Below, piece by piece: positions 39,601 to 47,959 of a stretch of DNA of 64,000 nucleotides (the first letter of the stretch is position 1; the number at the start of each line of letters is the position of its first letter). Under the pieces are notes generated by a model that was not told the origin of the DNA, ran no database searches, and was given only the letters and a program-made list of their open reading frames with translations. The translations under genes and the position numbers were made by a program. This DNA comes from a bacterium (GTDB lineage: Bacteria; Patescibacteriota; Microgenomatia; Woykebacterales; RBG-16-39-9b). The stretch is from NCBI GenBank assembly GCA_030704665.1, contig JAUYID010000009.1, forward strand, positions 857,702-921,701, in the 5' to 3' direction.

Positions 39601-40441
39601 GCGCAAGCTCATTCAAATCGAGAGTTTTCAGTATTTCCAGCAAGGCTTCTGCCCCCATTCCAACTTTCATAAAACCTTCGACCTTGTAGTCGGCAAGCCT
39701 CTGATACTCGTCTTCCGAAAGTAGGGACATTTTCTTGATTGTCTTGATACGGTCAGAAAGAGTTTTGCTAATCTCTTCAACACGAGCCATCTCTGCCGCT
39801 TCCTCTTCTTTGAGAGACGCTAGGCGTGCTTTTTCTTTCAGTTTCAGCTCATCAACGATCAACTCCCGTTGCTCTTTGTTTTTTACCCCAACTTTTTCAA
39901 CCTCTTCTTTGACTTCCTTGTCAATTTCCTTGCTCCGTTCTTCAAATTCTTTCTTTACTTCTTCTTGGCGGTTTTTGACTTCTTCGCTGAGTGAAGAAAG
40001 AGCCTGCGCTCTTTTGTCCTCATCGGTATCTACCACTAGATATTCTGCAAAATAAACAACCGCATCCAGGCTACGGGGGGTAATGTCAAGTAGTTGGGAG
40101 AGTTTGCTTGGAGTTCCTTTGAAAAACCAAACGTGAGCTACTGGAGCAGCAAGCTTGATATGACCCATTCTTTCGCGACGTACTTTGGACTGGGTAACCT
40201 CAACTCCACACTTGTCACAAATAACTCCGCGGTAACGAATTCTTTTGTATTTTCCACAATAACATTCCCAATCTTTGGTTGGCCCAAAGATTTTCTCATC
40301 AAAAAGCCCATCCTTTTCTGGTTTAAAGGTTCGGTAGTTTATGGTTTCTGGTTTGGTAACTTCCCCGTGAGACCAAGACTTGATGTCTTCCGGACTTGCC
40401 AGAATTATTCTTAAAGCTGCGAAATCTTTGACTTCATTCAT
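36647..40441 (-). CDS. rpoC: DNA-directed RNA polymerase beta' subunit
   Basis: 1264 aa; NADFDGD motif, zinc fingers. Confidence 0.98.
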   Translation of the reverse strand: MNEVKDFAALRIILASPEDIKSWSHGEVTKPETINYRTFKPEKDGLFDEKIFGPTKDWECYCGKYKRIRYRGVICDKCGVEVTQSKVRRERMGHIKLAAPVAHVWFFKGTPSKLSQLLDITPRSLDAVVYFAEYLVVDTDEDKRAQALSSLSEEVKNRQEEVKKEFEERSKEIDKEVKEEVEKVGVKNKEQRELIVDELKLKEKARLASLKEEEAAEMARVEEISKTLSDRIKTIKKMSLLSEDEYQRLADYKVEGFMKVGMGAEALLEILKTLDLNELARGLREEFQNSTGQKQLKATKRLRVVEGFRNADIKLDWMILESLPVIPPDLRPMVQLSGGRFATSDLNDLYRRVINRNNRLKRLTDLGAPEIILRNEKRMLQEAVDALIDASQRPTTTRAGVQQLRSLSDMLKGKQGRFRQNLLGKRVDYSGRSVIIVAPDIKLNECRLPKEMALELFKPFVLRELIFQGYAPNVKSAKHVFERRGTEVWDILEAITKNHPVLLNRAPTLHRLGMQAFFPILTEGSAIGIHPSVTTGYGADFDGDQMAIHVPLSMASQEEAINLMMSTNNLLRPADGEPIMTPKQDVFLGCFYLTKMLEAEPKGLYSEENAITAYQSGKISVQEPINLFYKGEVLKTTVGRLLFNLALPEELRYFNDLVKGPILKGLFSKSQNLLGKDRTVKMIDDLKDLGFLYVTESGLSMSITDCEIIPNKAKLIAQTDKKVEEIEKNLRRGLITETEKVRLSEELWAELTTEIDELTWRNLSPNNPLKMMQESGARGSRDQIKQLAGMRGLIADPLGRIVELPQKSNYREGLDVYEYFTSTRGARKGLVDKALKTADAGYLTRRLVDVAHDLLIREEDCGTKEGLLFRQEEERPGKFLERLVGRVAAVAIKGKNGKVAKKAGVIVAEEDLADLEKAEVKEALMRSVLTCETKFGVCQSCYGRDLSTKKVVGMGTPVGVIAAQSIGEPGTQLTMRTFHLGGIIGLDITQGLPRVDEIFEARTPKTPAVISELPGKVAVVDSDEGRKVRITASDKGSKVEKEYVIPVTSELRVKDDDQVEAGDPLTSGHLDLKTLLETKGIRAVQQYVIGELQKVYESQGAPINDKHFETIVRKMSEKVRIETSGNTALLPGELVDKVRFAEENAKVLAQGGEPATAAVVILGITRAALYTESVLSAASFQETTSVLTDAATSGKIDYLRGLKENVIIGRLIPTGESARLTAKVENLEETPVVAAEEVDIAEAEVTEKETKKEPKVSKELVAEA

Positions 40442-40467
40442 AGTTTTTTTCCGCTTTCAATTGAAAT

Positions 40468-40515
40468 ATCAACCGCAGTACAAATTTTTAAGTTTTTCAA
40501 AAACCAGCCGTTGAT
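40468..40515 (-). repeat. intercistronic element copy D (rpoB-rpoC gap), arms ATCAAC/GTTGAT
   Basis: ATCAACGGCTGGTTTTTGAAAAACTTAAAAATTTGTACTGCGGTTGAT. The 30-codon mini-ORF at 40438-40530 has its ATG overlapping the rpoB TGA (ATGA) and its TGA overlapping the rpoC ATG (ATGA). Confidence 0.6.
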
Positions 40516-40526
40516 TGATAATTCGT

Positions 40527-43500
40527 TCATTCAACAACTTCCTCTTTCAGCTGTTTTTCAGTTGGTTCTTCAACTTCTTCTTTATTTGTTGCCTTGGCTT
40601 CTTCGTTTCCTTCCTCAATCTCAAGAGGAGAATTCTTACTTTCTATTTCCTCAACAGAAGCTTCTATTTCTTCCCCCGCTGCTACGGCAAGTTCTTGACC
40701 AGCTTCTTCAGCTTTGGCCTCTTCAACAAGTTCTTTGGTAGTTTCTGGCTTCTCCTCTTCGATTTGCGCTCCCAAAAGCTCGACTTTTAACCCGAGCCCG
40801 TTCAACTCTTTGACCAAAACTTTAAACGATTCCGGAACAGTTGATTCAGGAATATCAGTTCCCTTGACAATGGCTTCAAAAGCTTTGGCTCGACCAACTA
40901 CATCATCAGATTTTATGGTCAGCATCTCCTGTAAGGTGTGAGAAGCACCATAAGCTTCTAGGGCCCAGACCTCCATTTCCCCTAGCCTCTGGCCTCCCAT
41001 TTGAGCTTTTCCTCCCAACGGTTGTTGAGTGACCAAAGAGTACGGTCCAGTACTACGCGCATGAACTTTTTCATCAACCATGTGAACAAGTTTCATGATG
41101 TAACTGACACCAACCGTGATTGGGTTGGCAAAAACTTCCCCGGTTTTTCCGTTGTAGAGAGTCACTTTTCCACTGACCGGCAAACCAGCTTTTTTCAGTT
41201 CTTCTTCGATTTCTTCTTCTTTAGCACCACCGAAAGCGGGGATGGCGGCGTTGTAACCCTGTTTGGCAGCGGCCCAACCCAAGTGTGTTTCGAGTAGCTG
41301 GCCCAGATTCATACGAGAAATGATTGAGAGTGGTGAAAGAATAATATCAATCGGAGTTCCATCCTCAAGATGAGGCATATCTTCAATCGGAACTACTTTG
41401 GAAATTACTCCTTTGTTTCCGTGACGCCCCGCCAGCTTGTCTCCAACAGTAATTTTTCTTGTTTGGGCAACTTTTACTTTGATCAAGCGCTGGACCCCAG
41501 GTTCAATCTCATCGCCAGCCTCCTTGGAAAGAATTTGTACTCCAACCACAGTTCCACTTTCTCCGTGAGGCATACGCAAAGATGTATCCCGTACTTCACG
41601 TGCTTTTTCACCAAAAATAGCTCTGAGTAACCTTTCCTCAGCAGTAAGCTCGGTTTCTCCTTTAGGGGTAATTTTTCCCACCAAAATATCGTTTGGACCA
41701 ACCTCAGCTCCGATGTAAACAATCCCTTGTTCGTCGAGATTGGCCAAAGCCTCTTCTCCAACGTTCGGAATATCTCGCGTGGTTTCTTCAGGACCTAGTT
41801 TAGTTTCAGTCACAGAAGCTTCAAACTCTTCAATGTGGATTGAAGTCAAAAGGTCTTCTTGCACCAGTCTTTCTGAAATAATAACCGCGTCTTCATAGCC
41901 GTAACCCTCCCAAGACATGTAGGCTATAAGTAAGTTTTGTCCCAAAGCGAGCTCTCCGTTTTCAGAAACTGGTCCATCAGCGACAATTTGGCCTTTTTTG
42001 ACCTTTTCACCTATTTTGGCAATTGCCTTTTGAGTGTAAGCAGTATTTTGATTTGATTTAACAAACTTAGAAAGCTCAAGAGTGTATTCTTTTTTACCGG
42101 CTTCTTCGATTTTTATCATTTGACCGTCTACATAGCTGACTCGACCATCAACCGGACTCATGAGTACTCGTCCCATGTTTTCAGCTACAACGCTCTCCAT
42201 GCCTGTCCCAACGATGGGCGCCCTTGGTTTGATCAGAGGAACAGCCTGAGCTTGCATATTCGCTCCCATCAAAGCTCGGTTCGCATCGTCGTGGGCTAAG
42301 AAAGGAATCAGTGAACTAGAAGCACCAACGATCTGCCAAGGGACAACATCGATAAAATCTACTTGAGAAGAAAGGGCGGTAGTAAAAGAAGCTTTATGTC
42401 GGACCGGGACACGACTGTCCAAAATGTAACCTTTCTTGTCGAGACTAATATTTGCATGGGTGATAAAATATTGCTCTTCATCATCGGCCATCATCCAAAC
42501 AATTTCGTCAGTGACCCGAGCCTTACCGTCTTTTGTTTTCTCAACCTTTCGATAAGGGGTTTCCAAAAAGCCATATTCGTTGATTCTTCCCATCAAGGCC
42601 AGGTGAGTGATCAATCCAATGTTTGGCCCTTCCGGGGATTTGATTGGATCAATACGACCGTACTGGGAGTTGTTGATGTCATGAACTGAGAAACTAGCTC
42701 TTTCGCGAGTCAAACCACCTGGCCCCATCACAGAAAGACGGCGCAAATGTTCAAGCTCGGAAAGGGAATTAATCTGGTCCATAAACTGCGAGAGCTGTGA
42801 GCCAGCAAAGAATTCGTTCAACCGCGCTACCACAGGTCGAGCGTTGATCAGTGAGGTTGGAGTGACCATAGTCAGATCAGCTGAAATACTCATTCTTTCT
42901 TTGACCACCCGTTCCATCTGCAACAAACCAACTCGCAAAACGTTCTGGACTAGCTCACCAACCGTTCGAACACGTCGGTTTCCGAGATGATCAATATCAT
43001 CGGCTTCTCCTTGACCGTTGTTGAGCTGAATCAAAAATCTAGTGGCCGCAATGATGTCATCTTGTGTCAAGATCCAGTGCTCAGAATCGTTGGTAACCTC
43101 AATTCCCAATCTCTTGTTGAGCTTGTAACGACCCACTTTCCCCAAACTGTAGCGCCGAGGATTGAAGAAAAGGTTTTCGAGTAGAACTTTGGCATTTTCC
43201 AAAATTGCAGGGTCTCCGGGGCGCATTTTGTGATAAATCTCAAGATAAGCTTCGTCAGGACCACTAGTCGAATCCTTGGCTAGAGTCGTATCAATGTAGT
43301 GGTGGTCTTCGTTCTTGTCTACTTCAGAGAAAAGTTCTCGTATTTTTTCATCTGACCCAAAGCCAATTGCTCGCAACAAGGTCGTTGCCGGAATGCGACG
43401 TTTTCGGTCGATTCTCACGGTCAGAAGGTCGTTTTTCGCGGTTTCAAACTCAAGCCAACTACCTCGGGTCGGCCGCAGCTCTGCTTTAAACAAGGCTCTT

Positions 43501-43937
43501 CCTGTCGCCGGCTCAATCTCAGCAGAATAGAAAATTCCCGGACTTCGAGTAAGTTGGGTAACCACCACTCTTTCGACACCGTTGATGATGAAGGTACCGG
43601 AAGTGGTCATGAGGGGAACATCACCCAAAAAGACCTCTTGCTCAAGAGTTTCTCCGGTTTCTTTGTTCAGCAAACGAGTTTTGACTCGGAGTGGAGCTGA
43701 GTAAGTAACACCTTTCTCAATTGCTTTGATAGGGTCGTATTTTGGTTCTCCGAGACTGTGCTCGAGAAAATAAAGAGAGAAGTTTTTCCCAGTAAAATCT
43801 TCAATTGGGCTGACTTCAGCAAGTAAATCGGCAATACCTTCTTTGATTAGCCAATCGTAGGATCTAATTTGTGGTTCTATTAAGTTGGGCAAAGGAAATT
43901 CATGACCTGCTGTCCCAAAGATTCGGCGAGAGCTCAT
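40527..43937 (-). CDS. rpoB: DNA-directed RNA polymerase beta subunit (acidic C-terminal tail)
   Basis: 1136 aa; rpoB signatures. Confidence 0.98.
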   Translation of the reverse strand: MSSRRIFGTAGHEFPLPNLIEPQIRSYDWLIKEGIADLLAEVSPIEDFTGKNFSLYFLEHSLGEPKYDPIKAIEKGVTYSAPLRVKTRLLNKETGETLEQEVFLGDVPLMTTSGTFIINGVERVVVTQLTRSPGIFYSAEIEPATGRALFKAELRPTRGSWLEFETAKNDLLTVRIDRKRRIPATTLLRAIGFGSDEKIRELFSEVDKNEDHHYIDTTLAKDSTSGPDEAYLEIYHKMRPGDPAILENAKVLLENLFFNPRRYSLGKVGRYKLNKRLGIEVTNDSEHWILTQDDIIAATRFLIQLNNGQGEADDIDHLGNRRVRTVGELVQNVLRVGLLQMERVVKERMSISADLTMVTPTSLINARPVVARLNEFFAGSQLSQFMDQINSLSELEHLRRLSVMGPGGLTRERASFSVHDINNSQYGRIDPIKSPEGPNIGLITHLALMGRINEYGFLETPYRKVEKTKDGKARVTDEIVWMMADDEEQYFITHANISLDKKGYILDSRVPVRHKASFTTALSSQVDFIDVVPWQIVGASSSLIPFLAHDDANRALMGANMQAQAVPLIKPRAPIVGTGMESVVAENMGRVLMSPVDGRVSYVDGQMIKIEEAGKKEYTLELSKFVKSNQNTAYTQKAIAKIGEKVKKGQIVADGPVSENGELALGQNLLIAYMSWEGYGYEDAVIISERLVQEDLLTSIHIEEFEASVTETKLGPEETTRDIPNVGEEALANLDEQGIVYIGAEVGPNDILVGKITPKGETELTAEERLLRAIFGEKAREVRDTSLRMPHGESGTVVGVQILSKEAGDEIEPGVQRLIKVKVAQTRKITVGDKLAGRHGNKGVISKVVPIEDMPHLEDGTPIDIILSPLSIISRMNLGQLLETHLGWAAAKQGYNAAIPAFGGAKEEEIEEELKKAGLPVSGKVTLYNGKTGEVFANPITVGVSYIMKLVHMVDEKVHARSTGPYSLVTQQPLGGKAQMGGQRLGEMEVWALEAYGASHTLQEMLTIKSDDVVGRAKAFEAIVKGTDIPESTVPESFKVLVKELNGLGLKVELLGAQIEEEKPETTKELVEEAKAEEAGQELAVAAGEEIEASVEEIESKNSPLEIEEGNEEAKATNKEEVEEPTEKQLKEEVVE

Positions 43938-44050
43938 TCAATAAGGCCTTTCAGCTTTCCAAGCTAGATAAATTTGATTAATAAAACAAAAAACACGACG
44001 GTACAACTCGTACTTTGTGTACGCCGAAGGAAATATTAACTTACGCCGAA

Positions 44051-44079
44051 ATAATACCCAAAAGAATACTTCCTGTCAA
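44051..44079 (-). promoter_or_regulatory. consensus sigma-70 promoter (TTGACA-17-TATTAT) upstream of rpoB
   Basis: Minus strand: -35 at 44079-44074, -10 at 44056-44051, about 115 nt upstream of the rpoB ATG. Confidence 0.5.
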
Positions 44080-44100
44080 TACTAAAGTTTGACGGTTAGT

Positions 44101-45156
44101 CTATAGATATTTAGCCACATTTGCATTGTGTTCGTCAAGGGTCTTTGCAAAATGGACTTTGCCTTCTTTGTCGTGGAGATAATAATAATAATCCGTTTCT
44201 TGTGGTGAAATCACTGCTTTGATTGAACTTAGGCCGGGATTGCAAATAGGTGCTGGTGGTAAGCCTGCATTTTTGCGGGTGTTGTAGGAACTTACAATTG
44301 CCAAATCTTCCCTGTCCAGGTTTTTCTTCCACCAAGTTTGCTCTCCTTGTTGGTAACCCAGCGCATACTGAATCGTCGCGTCAACCTCAAGACGCATTCC
44401 GATTTTTAAACGTTTGAGCAAAATTCCTGCAATGATTGGCCTTTCCGCGCTTGACCTGGATTCTCTTTCCACCAAAGAAGCAAGAACAACGGTTTCTGCT
44501 AAACTCCTTGTCGATTGACCGATACTTGATTTTAACTCTGCTGTTCTTTTGTCAAAGTTTTTGCGCAAAATACTCGCAACTGTTTTACCATCCGCCTCAA
44601 CAGGAATCAAATAAGTATCCGGAAACATGTAGCCTTCGCGACTAGCTTTGAGAAAATCTTCTTCTTTTACTGGAAACTCTTTGGACAACTTTTCAGCCAT
44701 CTCTTCAACTCGTAGGCCTTCGCGCAGGGTGATCCATTTGTCCACTCGTCCAACAGCTAGTGCTTGCAGAACCTCCTCAGGTTTCAATCCAGTTTTAATC
44801 TTAAAACTTCCTGCCTGAACTGCTGGCTCTTTGTTGTTCAGACGCAAATAAATCCTGAAAGCCACTGAGTTGCGAATGATTCCCTCTTCTTCAAGTTTTT
44901 GAGCTACCTGCAGAAAGGAGTCTCCTTTGTTGATGATGATTACTTTTTCTTTTTCGGCAGTCGTCGGTTTTATGTTTGCTTGATACCACAAAACAGCCGA
45001 GCCAAAAATCAAACTCAACAAAACTAGGAAAACAATGACCAACAAGGAAAGGCTTGTCAAAAATTTTTGGAAAAGTTTTTTAGATTGCAACATTGTTTCT
45101 TTTTTCTTGATCCAAATACTCCTGTAATAGGTTAGCTGCAACAGCAGAATCTTCAT
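44101..45156 (-). CDS. mltG: endolytic murein transglycosylase MltG/YceG
   Basis: 351 aa; N-terminal TM plus a YceG-like domain. Confidence 0.8.
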   Translation of the reverse strand: MKILLLQLTYYRSIWIKKKETMLQSKKLFQKFLTSLSLLVIVFLVLLSLIFGSAVLWYQANIKPTTAEKEKVIIINKGDSFLQVAQKLEEEGIIRNSVAFRIYLRLNNKEPAVQAGSFKIKTGLKPEEVLQALAVGRVDKWITLREGLRVEEMAEKLSKEFPVKEEDFLKASREGYMFPDTYLIPVEADGKTVASILRKNFDKRTAELKSSIGQSTRSLAETVVLASLVERESRSSAERPIIAGILLKRLKIGMRLEVDATIQYALGYQQGEQTWWKKNLDREDLAIVSSYNTRKNAGLPPAPICNPGLSSIKAVISPQETDYYYYLHDKEGKVHFAKTLDEHNANVAKYL

Positions 45157-45454
45157 TTTTCTTTTTTGAAGTCTGGCCCGCGATTTTTGTCGTCAAAGTT
45201 TCATCGACTTTGACAAGCTCGATTTTAACTATTTCCTCTAACTCATCAGCAAATTTTTCTGCTCCAATACTATCTGGATGAGGAATTCCAAAAACCACTG
45301 TCTTGACTTGGTGCTCGTCAATGAGTTGTAAGATCCTTTGTCTTGCTTGACCAGGATTTTTTATTCTCAAAACCGGCAAGGGGGTCGCCAGGTTTCCTTC
45401 ACTGATAGCCAAACCAATTTTTGCTAAACCGTAATCAACGCCAAGAAAACTCAT
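45080..45454 (-). CDS. ruvX: Holliday-junction resolvase-like / pre-16S rRNA nuclease YqgF
   Basis: MSFLGVDYGLAKIGLAIS... RNase H-like fold. Confidence 0.85.
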   Translation of the reverse strand: MSFLGVDYGLAKIGLAISEGNLATPLPVLRIKNPGQARQRILQLIDEHQVKTVVFGIPHPDSIGAEKFADELEEIVKIELVKVDETLTTKIAGQTSKKKNEDSAVAANLLQEYLDQEKRNNVAI

Positions 45455-46962
45455 TCTTCTTTTTCTAAACTAACTTTAATTTTACTAGCCGAAAAAGGAA
45501 GAAATCCAACCCTTCCATAAAAATTGGGGGTAATTTTTATGGAATGATCCTTGAACCCTTCTAGAGAATCTAAATATTTGTTCGCCGCGGATAGTCTTTT
45601 TCTAGCTAAGTCTTTTTTGACTTTATTTAGATCTAAATTGGGAATCAAAGACGCCTTTATTTTTCCGTCAATTTGATAGCTATCCCCATCTTTCTTTGCT
45701 ATCTTTGCCTCAACCTCTGAGTTTTCCTCATCAACTTTTAGATTTTCCGAAATATCCAACCCTTGACTCAAAATTGAGATTACGTCAGCTTCTTTGATAA
45801 AGATTGCGTTTGTAGCTACTTCCATGTTTAAAGAAACCTCAGCTGCCTCTTCGCCAATATTTTTATCGTAAGTTTCTTTGGAAACAGTTGTTTCGACGCT
45901 TCCGGAAACCAAAATCAAGTCTGGGTTTTTGGTCTTAATTTCATCTGTTGCCTTTTTGGTAAGTTTTTTTAGTAAACTGGCCCGTAGAGCTTTCCGATCA
46001 GCATCAGAAATAATCGCCAGAGTTTTAGTCGTCCCACCGCTGAAAGCAGTGTCATTTTTAGCATAAACTTCGCCTGGATCAGCACTTCCAACCTTAAAGT
46101 TAGTATCAGCAGCGTAGTTACCTTCTGCTCCAGTTTTGGCAGCGGTAACGTTAACACCTGTTTGCTTCGGGGGCGCCCCAAAGCCAGCTGAGCCTTCAGC
46201 TGTGACATCCTCTTCTGTAACAAAAGTTATGCTACCGGTTGTAGGTGTAATCGCTGTACCTTTGACAAAGAGGCGATCAGAAGTAGTACTATTGTAAATA
46301 GTAACCCTCCCCTTGGCAGCAGTACCAACTGTTTTTGTCCCAGTTGCTTTGGCACTCTCGGTGTCAGACTTAACCACCTCTTCCCCCGTCGCAGCAAGAG
46401 TTTCCGCCTCACCAGAACCGCCAACAACCGCGGTTATCTCAGCAGTTGCGTCTTTGGTTGAGGTTCTGTAGGTAAGAGTTACTTCTGCACTTGGCAGGGT
46501 CCAAAGGAAAATAAAGGCTGCGACTACAAGCGAAACAACCCCACCTCCAAGAAAGAGCCAGCGCTTCGAGATTCTGTTCAAGCTCGGAAATTTTGGCAAC
46601 TTTCCTTTTGGTTTTTCCGACTCTGGAACTGCGTCAATTTGTGGAGCCAGCGCCGCCACTGGAGCTTCAATTGGAAATTGCCCTGCTAAGCTGGCAACGT
46701 CCTGCCCTTCAACAAAACCAAGGTCTTCTTCTTTTGGTGCTGGAGTAACTTCTGGTTTCAGAGTAGCCGGAGAAGGTGCATCACCGAAATTGACTGATTT
46801 GCCCGCCTCGGCTGCAAAGCGTTTGATGATTTCTTTGTTGATGGCGTTTTCCAAAACCATGGAGTTTTCAACTATCCGCAACTCAATTTTTTCCTCATCT
46901 GATTTTTGGATTTTTTCCAAGATTTGATTCAGTTTTGCGTTCGCGTCAAACTCTAGCTCCAT
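45451..46962 (-). CDS. hypothetical bitopic membrane protein (cytoplasmic N-domain, TM, Thr/Gly/Ala-rich extracytoplasmic region)
   Basis: 503 aa; TM around residues 145-165; low-complexity T/G/A-rich middle section. Confidence 0.4.
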   Translation of the reverse strand: MELEFDANAKLNQILEKIQKSDEEKIELRIVENSMVLENAINKEIIKRFAAEAGKSVNFGDAPSPATLKPEVTPAPKEEDLGFVEGQDVASLAGQFPIEAPVAALAPQIDAVPESEKPKGKLPKFPSLNRISKRWLFLGGGVVSLVVAAFIFLWTLPSAEVTLTYRTSTKDATAEITAVVGGSGEAETLAATGEEVVKSDTESAKATGTKTVGTAAKGRVTIYNSTTSDRLFVKGTAITPTTGSITFVTEEDVTAEGSAGFGAPPKQTGVNVTAAKTGAEGNYAADTNFKVGSADPGEVYAKNDTAFSGGTTKTLAIISDADRKALRASLLKKLTKKATDEIKTKNPDLILVSGSVETTVSKETYDKNIGEEAAEVSLNMEVATNAIFIKEADVISILSQGLDISENLKVDEENSEVEAKIAKKDGDSYQIDGKIKASLIPNLDLNKVKKDLARKRLSAANKYLDSLEGFKDHSIKITPNFYGRVGFLPFSASKIKVSLEKEE

Positions 46963-47928
46963 TTAGTACTCCAAATATTCTCTGGCCAAAGAAAAGACCC
47001 CTGTGTCACTGGCCGGAATAGTCTCAATAATCTCCTTTTTAGTTATTTCTGGCTCTTGTTCATAAAAAAGTTTTTCTTTCCAGGGGAAATTCTGTAACTC
47101 GTTTTCAACTTGATCTAGATCTATTTCGTCTTCGTCAGGGTAGAGCCAGATACTGCTTGGTCTTTTTTCTTTGTCCAAAAGGGAAATGACCGCCTCTATC
47201 CCGATTGACAGATAGGCAAGTCCTGATGTACCAAGATCAAAAGGAAGAATTTCGAAAATATGACCTTCGGAAAGCAAAGCCGCCTCGGATTTCTCTTTGC
47301 CAACTCTGAGTACCAAGGCATCGTTGAGGTTCTGTTTGAGTAGTTCACGACTGACCGCAAAAGAGCTTGGCAAGATTTTACTGACTTTCAAATCAAGCTC
47401 GTCAATCATTTGATCGAAAAGGGCTAGCTCCTCTGGTGCTTTGAGAGCAACAAAGCAGGCAAAATCAGCTTTTTGCCCTTTTAAGCCGATTGGATTAGTC
47501 AGAGTTGCATTGTCAATTTTGGCTGAAGCAACAGTTGAGAAGAAAACTTTAAGCGGTTCGGCTTCTATAGAAGCGGCGACCTTTTCCAAAACCGTTTCTA
47601 CTTCACTTTCATCAATTGCCTCTTGTGGGTTTGGCCGAGTCACTCGAGCAATGGTGGTAGTCGTCCGCAGTATTCCGTCGGTGACTCCAATGATGGCTTT
47701 TTTGGGAATATCGCCAGCAATAGCGGCCAAAGCATCAATAGCTTCAAGAACAGACTCGAAAATATTTTCGTAAGCAGAAAAGTTTTTTCTTCCCACTGAA
47801 ACTAAGTGTGGTTTGGAATCTACAAGGTTAAAACTGGCAGCAGTGACCCGACCTAAACCAATTTCGAGAACTAGAAATTGATTGCCTTTGGTTTTTCTGG
47901 AAGGAAATAGTTTTTTGAACAGCTTCAT
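46963..47928 (-). CDS. hypothetical protein, possibly PilM/FtsA-like actin-fold ATPase
   Basis: The N-terminus LVLEIGLGRVTAASF resembles the PilM/FtsA phosphate-1 loop; weak. Confidence 0.35.
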   Translation of the reverse strand: MKLFKKLFPSRKTKGNQFLVLEIGLGRVTAASFNLVDSKPHLVSVGRKNFSAYENIFESVLEAIDALAAIAGDIPKKAIIGVTDGILRTTTTIARVTRPNPQEAIDESEVETVLEKVAASIEAEPLKVFFSTVASAKIDNATLTNPIGLKGQKADFACFVALKAPEELALFDQMIDELDLKVSKILPSSFAVSRELLKQNLNDALVLRVGKEKSEAALLSEGHIFEILPFDLGTSGLAYLSIGIEAVISLLDKEKRPSSIWLYPDEDEIDLDQVENELQNFPWKEKLFYEQEPEITKKEIIETIPASDTGVFSLAREYLEY

Positions 47929-47959
47929 GACAGTGACTGTATTTTAACAGATTTTGTCG

